From: Gracilinanus agilis
Lineage: Eukaryota
DNA length: 63,857 nt
NCBI RefSeq assembly: GCF_016433145.1
Contig: NC_058135.1
Span: 226,906,238 to 226,970,094, forward strand
Direction of reading: 5' to 3'
Made by a program: the position numbers and the translations under genes
Shown: piece by piece, positions 54,794 to 63,857 of the stretch
Layout of the letters: each line of letters begins with the position of its first letter
Numbering within the stretch: position 1 is the stretch's first letter
The notes under the pieces: generated by a model
Told to the model about the DNA's origin: nothing
Seen by the model: the letters and a program-made list of their open reading frames with translations, nothing else
The model's database searches: none

Positions 54794-55927
54794 TTAAAAA
54801 AAAATTTTTTTTTTATTATTAATGGTCTGTGGATGCCCTTCCTGATAGGATCTCTATGAGCTTGGTGTAAATGCTGCCTCTGTAGAGCTCAGAGAATCTC
54901 TTCGGCTTGAGTATGCAAGGATTTCTTCTTTTGTGACACTATAGACTGTCATAATTGCTTCTTCATGCTGGTGCAAGACTGTGTTGTTTCAGGGGAGGTT
55001 GAGACACAGCATCTTCTACTTCTTTATCCATTAAGTTGGATAGTGATTCTACGGTTAACCTATAATCCCTGAAAGAGATCTCTTTTTTCCTTTTCTGAGC
55101 TTTTGCAACTTTGCACAGGTTCAGATATTTAACCGGTGCCAGTGCTTCATGGCCCAGGAGCTTCAGGGCTTTTATATACGGGAAATTATCCACAGCGTGT
55201 TGTGCTATCAGCTGTTTTTCGGCATTTAGGAATGAACCCATCTCAGTTGCAACTCTAGGCAGCATGGCACCTCTTGAGAGTCCTTTATCAATAAAGCCTT
55301 TCATAAAGACATATGGAGTCATCTGAGCATATTTGGCAATCAGCTTGACTTGTCTTATTAAAGCCTTTCCAGTTTCTTTTGTAGATTCATGATTCTGTAA
55401 TTCAAATAATGATTTAATAATGACTCTACTAGCCCTTCTCAGAAAGAGCCATTTGGATGCTTCTTTCATGTTTAGGAGAGGATCTATGTCAACTGGAGGA
55501 GTTTGAAGGCTTTTTATAACAGTTGTATACATTGCATTAAATCGTTTTGTGATTTGTGCCATAGGATTTCCTTGTGGCTTTCGAATAACATGATATAATA
55601 ATCCAAGGGTTAATTTAAGGATAACATTTTCTCTTGTTCTGTAATGACCATGTTGTCAGGAGTTCAGGGCATTTCTTGCCCAGATGTTTTGGGAACACCC
55701 CTTGGTTTGCTTGATAAATTTATTGGTCTGCCATCGAGTTCGTAAAGGGCAGGAAGCGATGTGAACAAAAAGTTAAGAACTATTGCAACTTCTTCTCCAA
55801 GAGTATATTTAACCACTTTGCTGAGTCCCTTAAGAGCTGTGGATTCCGATAACACAGCCTTATTCGGAGGTGGTAGTGCAATTGTTTTGGTGCCACCAGT
55901 CTTCCGTGAGTTTGCCATCGTGTCCTA
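54794..55927 (-). pseudogene. Endogenous bornavirus-like nucleoprotein element (EBLN), near full length, retroposed
   Basis: ORF pieces 55918-55664 and 55562-54963 plus a C-terminal piece ending TAG at 54856-54854. Motifs VLNFLFTSLPAL, AQITKRFNAM, RQVKLIAKYAQMTPY, FPYIKAL...LAPVKYLNL and AIMTVYSVT are colinear with recalled Borna disease virus N motifs [44 protein letters not shown]...LAPRSFPNL and AIMKMIGVT. Flanked by direct repeat gggtatttga (54784-54793, 55928-55937); poly(A) at 54805-54814. Confidence 0.88.
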
Positions 55928-56490
55928 GGGTATTTGAGAGATATTGCAATGGTAAAATCAATAGGCCTTGGCAACAGATTGGGCAAAGAAAGGGGAAGAG
56001 TGACCCAGAAAGAGAGGAGATGAGGATGAGGACAACACCTAAAATATGAACCTGGGGGAACTGGGAGGATGCTGATGCTCTGGACAGGAACAGGGAAGTT
56101 TGAAAGAGGGGAGGGCCTGGGGAAACAACTGAGTTCAGTGTTGGGCATGTTGTGTTTGAGATGTCTACAGGACATCCGGTTCAAGATGTCCAATAGGTAG
56201 TTGGAGATAAGATACAAGACTAGTCAGCAGAGAAGTTGGGGCTGGATAAGCAGATTTGAGAATCATTAGCATAGAGATGATAACAATCCATGGGAGCTGA
56301 TGGAAAAGTATAGAGGAAGAAGAGAAGAGGGTCCAGGATAGAGCCTTGGGGGATCCCCACTGTTAGCTGGCATGACCTGGATGAAGATCCAGCAAAGGAG
56401 ACTGAGGAGCAGTCAGATAGTTAGGAGGAGAACCAGGAGACAGTGGTGTCTTGAAAACCTGGAGAGGAGAGTATCAAGAAGAGGAGGTCA

Positions 56491-56680
56491 TTGGGGGCAG
56501 CTGGGTAGCTCAGTGGATTGAGAGTCAGGCCTAGAGACAGAAGGTCCTAGGTTCAAATCTGACCTCAGACACTTCCCAGCTGTGTGACCCTGGGCAAGTC
56601 ACTTGACCCCCATTGCCCACCCTTACCACTCTTCCACCTAGGAGCCAATACACAGAAGTTAAGGGTTTAAAAAAAAAAAA
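56491..56680 (+). mobile_element. Young tRNA-derived marsupial SINE with TSD
   Basis: A/B boxes, core, A12 tail; TSD ggaggtca at 56483-56490 and 56681-56688. Confidence 0.88.
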
Positions 56681-59600
56681 GGAGGTCAAGATGGATGATG
56701 ACTAAGAAAAGGTCATTAGGTTTGGCAAATAAGAGATCATTAGTAACTTTGGAGAGAGTTCTGGTCTACTGATTGAGATCAGAAGCTTGATTTCTGAGAG
56801 TTATGAGAGTGAAAGTAAGGGAAGTAGAAGCACCTATTGCAGATAGCTTTTTCTAGGAGTTTAGCCACAAAAGGGAAGAGATGAAATGATAATTAGTAGG
56901 GATGGATGGATCAAGTCAGGGTTTTTTGAGGAAGAAGGAGAAATGGACATGTCTGTAGCCAGTAGGGAAGCAGTCAGTAGACAAGGAAAGATTGAAGATA
57001 AATGAGAAAGGGAGAAATCTACTGGAGATGGAGGAATGGAGTAGGATCATATGAAGTGGCTTGCCAAGGCAAAAAGTACCTCTGTATGTGAGATGGGATT
57101 TGGATAGTGGGAAATGAGGAAGAAGAGGGAGCTCTCAGTGGTAGGAGAGCTCAATTTTTGAATACTTTCAATTCGCTTAGGAGAAATAGAACTGGCACCA
57201 GCAGTTCAAATGAAACCTAAATATTCTACTTTTGGGAGACACCACTGAGCCTTTCCCTTTGAGATCTTATGACCTCTTTCATGTAATTCTAAAAGATGTT
57301 TACTATCTTCTTGACATGTTTTGGCATCTGGTGAGGCCAAGAGCAAATCACCCACATATTTAATTAACTTACTGTTTTTAAATTTTATATTATCTGTATC
57401 TTGGCTCAAAATTTGTGCAAAAAGGGTGGCACTTTCCATGTACCCCTGGGGCAGTCTAGGTCCAATGGGAATTTTTCCAAGTTAAAGCAAATATATGTCT
57501 GGAATCTTCATGAATAGGAATTGAGAAAAATGTGGAGCACAAGTCCACTACTGTAAAGTAAGTGATTGTACTGGGAATAGAGGAAATTATTGTTTGGGTT
57601 GGAAACCACAGTATGTCTTTTTTATGACATGATTGTTTACAGCCCTTAAATCTTGAACAAATTGATATTGGGCTTTTCCAGCTGGGCCTATTTTTGGCTT
57701 TTTAACAGGTAAAATAGATGTATTATATTCTGATTTACATGGAATTATTATTCCTTGCTCAATTAATGAATTTATTACTGGGGTGATTCCCTCAACAGCT
57801 TCTTTTGATAAGGGGTACTGAGTTGTTTTAATCTTAACAGGAACAGCTGATTTAAGTAGGCCTACATCAGAAGATGTGGCCCAGAGAAACTTAGGGATAT
57901 CTGGGATTTCAAAGGTGGGAAGCTCTTTCACATCCTGGCTCTCTGAGAGAAGTACAGGGAGCAAATTTAAAGATTCCTCAGGTAATTCTAATGACATAGA
58001 GCTGTCTGGAGCACAAATTATTGTGGCTTTAAGTTTATATAATAGATCCCTTCCCAGAAAACTTGTGGAGGATCCAGGCATTAAAAGAAAGGAATGTTCT
58101 ACAGTTAGGAGTTCCATGCTTACTATACAAGGAGAGTTTTGGGACCTTTTGAGGTGTTCCTGATACACCTACTACATTTAGAGAGCCAATAGTTACAGTT
58201 TTCATGTGGTTTACTCACCAGGACTGATCTTGAAGCTCCAGTGTCTAATAAACAATTGTAATATGAATTTCCCACTTTTAGGGTTACATGAGGTTCCTTA
58301 CTATGTGTGTGTGTGGAATGTATGAGGATAATTGGCATAAAAATATCAGGGTCTGGAAAATTAAAGGTTTCCCTTTTTTATTCCAAGGCCCTTGCCCCCT
58401 CATCACACCTTCATAAAGATGCTTGGGCATTTCCTTGGGCAACCCCCCCCCAGGGGCATTAGTCCCCTGAGTAGTTCAGGGGCAAGCTCCACTTAAGATA
58501 TACTGTTTTGGAGTCATTTGGTACGAGTACCCCTGATTTTTATTCCTAGCATTTTTATCACTCCTAGAGTTGCTATTCCTAGAATCATTGTTATGGTTAT
58601 TATTCCTATAGTTATCTTTCAACTGGGTATTATTTCTGATTACTCTTAACAAATTCCTACAGTTCATCATTGTATGGCCCTTCTTCTCACAGAAGTGGCA
58701 GGTAAGGGATTTCAATAGTTAATTCTTGGATAGGTGCTATGGTCTCTCCCTGATTTTTCAGTTTTTCTCTTAGCATTTTATTTTCTATTTTTAAAGCTTC
58801 TACTGAGTCACTGTTTTCCTCATGTCTTTGTGCATGGCCCTTAAAAACATAAGATGCTATCCTCCTCCTCAATTCCTCAAGATCCATAGAGTCCCAGTTT
58901 GGGCAGTCAGTTTTAAAGTAGTCTTTGACCACTTTACAATTCTTAAACTGTCTACGTATTTGTCTAAAATCCCATTCTCTGGTCAAGTAAAAGTCTCTCT
59001 CTCTCTCTCTTATATATGTTGCCCATCTCAATAAGTGTGTCCATAAACTGGGAGGGAGTTTAATATTTTGTTTGGTCTCCCTGAATTTTGACCAGCTTTG
59101 AGGCATATCAGAGCAAGCTTTTATAGATGACAATAATGCTTCTCTGCCCTAGTATAGTTTTGTGTAATCTAGGTCTGAATTGTAATTCCATTTAGGATTT
59201 TGGACCCACCAATTAATTGCTCCTCTACCTTGCTTCTTATTGACAAGAGATATGATTCTATTTTTCTCACTTCTTGTTAGAAATATTTCTAATAGATTTT
59301 CAATTGTGGTCATAAGTTTGGAATATATTCTCCAATTTTCTCATAATTAAAATGGGTACTGACTCAAAAGTAGGCATATCTTCTCTGAATCTGGCTAAAT
59401 CTTGGGGGTCGAAGGGTATATGGTGTCTTATAGGCACCAACTCCCCATTTTTATTGAAGGTGGGTACTACCTTTAAGGGAAATAAGTGTTGGGCTGCATC
59501 ATTTTGTGTTCCTGCCTCTAGCCTCCCAGTCTGGTGATTCGTGGGGTAGGTAAGGGGAGGGGGAGGAGTAGGTAAACTGGGAGGAAGGGGTTGGGGGCAG

Positions 59601-61203
59601 GAAGGGTCAGAAGGATAAGAGATAGGAGGAGCAGGATGGGAAATGAAGTGAGCAGGTGGGGGAGGGAGGGAAGGGTTAGGGGCTGGGGCTGGGGCTGGGG
59701 CAAGGGAGGAGGAATAGGAGGCATCAGGGACTGGGGAGGGAAGGAATTTGGGAGAGGCTGGAGTTGGAGCCACAGTAGGGATAGGGTATGGGATGGGTTG
59801 AACAGGGGGTGTGTCAGTAGCAGGAGCAATAGGTTGAGTGGAGGGTGTGCCAGTAGCCGGGACTGGGGGAGGGATGAGTGGAGTAGTGGGAGGAGGAACA
59901 GAGTTTTGTAGGGCAGGGTGGGACAAAGACTCATAATGAGGAGGTATGTAGAGAGAAGTCTGCTGCTGTCCCTTATTCTGGGGTTTTTTAGAGTTGTTTC
60001 ATGAAAGCCATTAGCTTCCCTAACTTCTCAATATTGTCCAGTCTACCTGAAGTGTGTTCCTCATAGAGAAGCTGAGATAAATCTCCTAATTGTACCTCCA
60101 GCATACTTAGGTTATTTCTCAAGTCCCTGAAAGAAAAAAAAAAAAAAAGATAAAAAACTCCACATCCTATTATTATAATTATACCCAGGAACAGCAGTGC
60201 TAAGTATATTCATTGTGGTATACTCTCTGGGAGTATAAGCCAATTGGAAATGCTATCAAAAATTATTTTGAATAGTTTTCTTATGTTTAAATTTAATTAT
60301 TAGTGTTTGTAATTTTGTTTTTTGTCAGTAGATGGCGCTATTGACTAGGGCTACGGGTCTTTTGTCTTCAGGCCTTAATCCAATTTTAATTTCTGGCTGG
60401 CGGAAAACAAAGCCTTTAGCCTGAAGACTGAGTTTCTTTCAGAGGCTAAGTTTAGGAAAGGCAACTAGATACAGCTGAAACTTTTTGCAGCTTAAAAGTT
60501 TAATTTTAAAAGTCTGAGAGAGCTCCCCCCCCCAGGCTAAAACTGCTAAACCCAAGTGCTTCCCTCTTTTGGGCAAAAACACCACTTTTTCTAGCTGGCT
60601 CCACCAGGCTTTTGCTTCTCACTTAAGCTTTAAAAAACTAGAGACATATGGGGCTTGGAAAAAGGAAGTAGACTCCCAGAAGTAAAACTAGGCTAAGAAT
60701 TGGTTAATTTCAGCTTAAAATGCACTCTCCCTAAAGAAACTACTAACAAGCCAACGTCCAGTACCTTCATCAAAAAAATTTTTTTTGGGGGGAGGAGATT
60801 TTTTTTTGCTTCAGGATGGAATTTCTGCCTTTGGGCGTGGAGCAGAGCTGCTTCTAAGCTTTTTCCAGGTGTGTGTGGCACTTGGTTAGTTAAGAGACCA
60901 AGCAGTCCACTAGTCACCACTAAGGCAACTGAAAGAATTCCTCTCCAAGTGAGGGTCTGCTATTTGGCTTGTTTGTTCCCAGAGGCGAGGCGAGGGGGGT
61001 TGGAAACAGCCTCCTGGGCTGAGGTCTCAGGGCCCTGCCACTAAGATTAAAAATGGCTGCTTCCTAATTTATTTTAAGGATAAAAAAAAAAAGTTTGATC
61101 TTACCCATCTGGCAGCTTTATGTGAATTGTAGATCCAAAACAAGCTGTTAAAAGGCTGACTTGGGGATAGTAACAAAAGTAAAGGAAAAGTCAAGAAAAT
61201 TTA

Positions 61204-61873
61204 TGTAAGGGTGAAAAGGAGTTTTTATTGTGTAAATATTAAAAGGTTAGGTTGCCAGGGAACTGAATAATTATCCATCCCCAAAATGATCTTAGTGATT
61301 TGTTTACAAAAATATAAGAGAAAGTAGAAGTAGGGAAATGAGAAAAGAGGGTAGAGTAAGAGACCATATTCAAGTCTGGGCTTTACTCTGGTGGGTCTCC
61401 AGAGGCCAAGCCAGAGCCTAAAAGTCAATTAACAAGGGGTTTAGCCACAAGGGCTTCTCCCAATCAAGGGAGCCTCCAGGAGGCTAGTACCTCCTGGGAG
61501 GAGGTTAAAGGAGTCAGCTTTCTTCACTCACCACGTGTAGTTCTAAGAGAGATTTAAAAGCAGTCTCACTAAGGTCTCAGGGTCCCAGCTGGCACTCCTC
61601 CAAGAACCAGAAGAGCTCCTTCTCCGGAAGACCCCCTCACTCACTCCACTCTCTCTTTTTAAAAGGGTCACTTATGCTGTCACTTCCTGTGCCTTCCTCC
61701 TAGTCCAATCACAATAGATGATTCTCATAGTACTGCCTAGGGGGCAGTCAGTCGATTCTGATTGTCGTCCACTCTAGCATATGTGGGTTACAGACCTCCC
61801 AAAAATGGAGATGTTTTCACCTTTGGTGATTAAATCTAAAGATGGGCAGTGTAGATTTGATCTAATTATCACA
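61204..61873 (-). mobile_element. Solo LTR of a related ERV family nested in the proviral leader
   Basis: tgt...aca ends flanked by the 4-bp TSD ttta (61200-61203 and 61874-61877). Shares motifs (ggggcagtca, tagca..tgtg..t.a.agacctccc) in the same order with the adjacent LTR. Confidence 0.8.
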
Positions 61874-61920
61874 TTTAGGAAGATTGAGGGCACTAGTCAC
61901 AACCTTCCAGTCAGCCAAAA

Positions 61921-62640
61921 TGTAAAAGGGGAAACAAATTATGAATGGATTGGATATTTAAGCGTTTTAGTGTGGTCCCCAAGGAATTGAATAAATATCA
62001 ACTCCTAATAAAAAAGACCCAAGTCAGGATGACTTTTATGGTGGTTTATTTACAGTTAGGAAGGGAGAAGGTAGGAAAAGAGTAAGAGAAAGCGAGAGAG
62101 TTACTCTGGCCTGGTCTGGATACCCGAACCAGGAAAGGCTTGCTTCAGAGGCCCCAACAAAGGCGGCACAGAAGTTAATTAAACAAGGCTTCTAGTCATG
62201 AGGCCTCCTCTAAGATGAGAGGCCTCTTTTGAGGCTAGAGCCTCCAGAAACACCAAGGAAAGTGAAAGGGAGTCAGCCTAACTTACCCACGTGACAATTC
62301 AAAAGGAATTGTCTGAGGTCTCACCAGAGCTCCTTCAAGGCCAGGTTCAAAAAGGCAAAATCCTCCTCACAGGAACTTACCATCATATTTAAAAGACAGT
62401 TCATTTTGTCACTTCTTGCATCCACTCTCCAGTTCTACTCTGAAAAATGACAGTCTCAATTTTGTTTTGGACTACCCAGGGGGCAGTCACTTGTTTCTGA
62501 TTTGTCACTTACTAGCACATGTGAGTCATAGACCTCCCCCTTCCCCACTTAATTCTAAGATGGGTGGGGTGATATTATTCCTGGGGGCTAAAGTAAAGAA
62601 TGAATAATTGGTGAGCTAATTCCAATTATATACTTTCTCA
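61921..62640 (-). mobile_element. 5' LTR of the provirus
   Basis: TG...CA ends (TGAGAAAG...TTTTACA on minus), AATAAA at 62044-62049, TATA-like ~62386-62394. Followed on minus by TTTTGGCTGACTGGAAGG in the PBS position (tRNA not identified). Confidence 0.7.
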
Positions 62641-63307
62641 TTGCTGCTCCCCTGACTAGGACTCTGGGGGTTGGAGTTAAAGTTGCTTGTCTCTGCTGGT
62701 GGGCCTGCTGCCACTGCAGCATCTTCTATACCTGGTTAGAAGCAGTGTTGGTCCCTCCATGTAGGCCAACCACCTTGAAGTTTTAATCTCAATGTTCCCC
62801 ACCCCTGTCCCTTCTTGCTCAATACTGACCCCATGCCCCTTCTACCCTGCTACATGTGCTCAGCAACCCTCTTCCTTGTATCCTTTTTCACTCATTCCCC
62901 ATCAAGCATTCATCCTGTCCATCAAACCCCACACTTACCTTGCCTCTGCCACTTTCTTGTTCCATTCGTTCCTGTCATTTCTGCTCCTTCTGTCACTGTA
63001 ATTCACCCACCAGGTGAGGGATCCCCTCCAAGTAGTTCCCCATGGTTATTCTCCCCCCCATATCAAGAAGCCTGGTTGGAGGGCAGAGGGGCCCCTTCCT
63101 TGACTTTCCCTCTCTACCTGCCTCCTCCTGCCCACCTCCTCAGAGGGCCCCCTCCCCTCCCATAATCACATACAATAGGAAGGTCTGGAAGGAGAAAAAG
63201 AGTAATGGGTTTTTCACCCTTGCTTTGTGCCTGCTGTTCCAACTCAGTCTTAGATGTAACACTTTTGCCAGAATTTCCTACATGTGAAAATACAGCCACA
63301 TTGCCAG

Positions 63308-63775
63308 TATTAGGAGGACCAAGAGGTTGACTAGAAACACCACCATTCTGCATGTATGATTCCAAATTATTTAGTTTGATTTGCAATAACCATAACATTT
63401 GTTTAGTTTCAGAATCCCTAAAACACCAGGTCACTATGATCTTAAAACAATACATAATATGGAAGAACATCCACCTTAACTTATATACAAAATAACCACT
63501 AAGGATCAGGATTGGCATATGTTCCCATCATTGCCCAAACCATATTAGGAGGACCAAGAGGTTGACCAGAAACACCACCATTCTGCATGTACGATTCCAA
63601 ATTATTTAGTTTGATTTGCAATAACCATAACATTCATTTAGTTTCAGAATCCCTTAAACACCAGGTCACTATGATCTTAAAACAATACATAATATGGAAG
63701 AACATCCACCTTAACTTATACACAAAATAACCAGTAAGGATCAGGATTGGCATATGTTCCCATCATTGCCCAAAC
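63308..63775. repeat. Tandem duplication of a 233-bp unit (period 235)
   Basis: Copies 63308-63540 and 63543-63775, both running tattaggaggaccaagagg...catcattgcccaaac with only a few substitutions. Confidence 0.95.
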
Positions 63776-63857
63776 CGACTAGCTGTAAACAAAATCAGTG
63801 TTATTATTAGCCACAATTACTGACTAATAACAACTAATAAAACAATCACAAGTACAA

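Larger units (their letters stand above)
54125..57135 (-). mobile_element. Decayed L2 LINE, interrupted by the EBLN and a SINE and abutting the ERV
   Basis: Reverse-complement L2 3' tail (ataaacattaagcacctactatttgccaagcactatgctaagcactgaggatacag) at ~54129, followed by typical L2 body sequence that continues across the EBLN site. Boundaries approximate. Confidence 0.7.
57136..62640 (-). mobile_element. 3'-truncated class I (gamma/epsilon-like) endogenous retrovirus: 5' LTR, leader, degenerate gag-pro-RT; no integrase, env or 3' LTR
   Basis: Pro-rich gag (59926-59300), CCHC knuckle CHFCEKKGHTMMNC (~58700-58660), protease LLDTGAS (~58250), RT motifs PILPVKK, QDLRAVN, LPQGY, YVGDLLL (mutated YVDD), KAQWCLPKVEYLGF, ISPKRIESIQKLSSPTT ending ~57136. 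Many stops and frameshifts. Confidence 0.9.

Noticed and set aside
54963-55562. Alternative identity as LINE ORF1, filovirus NP or paramyxovirus N
   Set aside because: No coiled-coil/RRM pattern and no paramyxovirus FxxxxYPxxxSxAMG motif. The QxKLxAxYAQMT and LAPxxF/YxNL motifs fit bornavirus N best, though chuvirus or nyamivirus N is not formally excluded without a search.
55780-56217. 145-aa minus-strand ORF overlapping the EBLN 5' end
   Set aside because: Mostly antisense L2 sequence running out of frame into the EBLN; not a viral gene.
62641-63300. Possible TTC31/CCDC142 exons expected by synteny beyond LBX2
   Set aside because: No TPR-like or otherwise recognisable coding exons; the sequence looks repeat-derived.

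Overview
Marsupial genomic DNA, probably an opossum such as Monodelphis (inferred from the SINE types). It carries the conserved vertebrate block LOXL3(+, 5' exons lie before the window) - HTRA2(-) - AUP1(+) - DQX1(+) - TLX2(-) - PCGF1(+) - LBX2(+). All coding exons inside the window could be traced by GT-AG splice sites and reading frame. The last ~10 kb is repeat-derived and holds the main surprise: a near-complete endogenous bornavirus-like nucleoprotein gene (EBLN, minus strand, ~54794-55927). It sits inside an old L2 element and has a 10-bp target-site duplication, a poly(A) tail and a 9-nt leader. It is disrupted by one stop and two mutually compensating frameshifts but keeps a 199-aa open segment. 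Upstream on the same strand lies a 3'-truncated class I ERV (5' LTR, splice donor, gag-pro-RT, nested solo LTR) with no 3' LTR. Other points: two in-frame polybasic cassette-exon candidates in LOXL3, a uORF whose stop overlaps the LBX2 start (ATGA), hAT MITEs, SINEs, a 235-bp tandem duplication and a 359-nt assembly gap. Protein family comparisons are from memory; no database searches were run.
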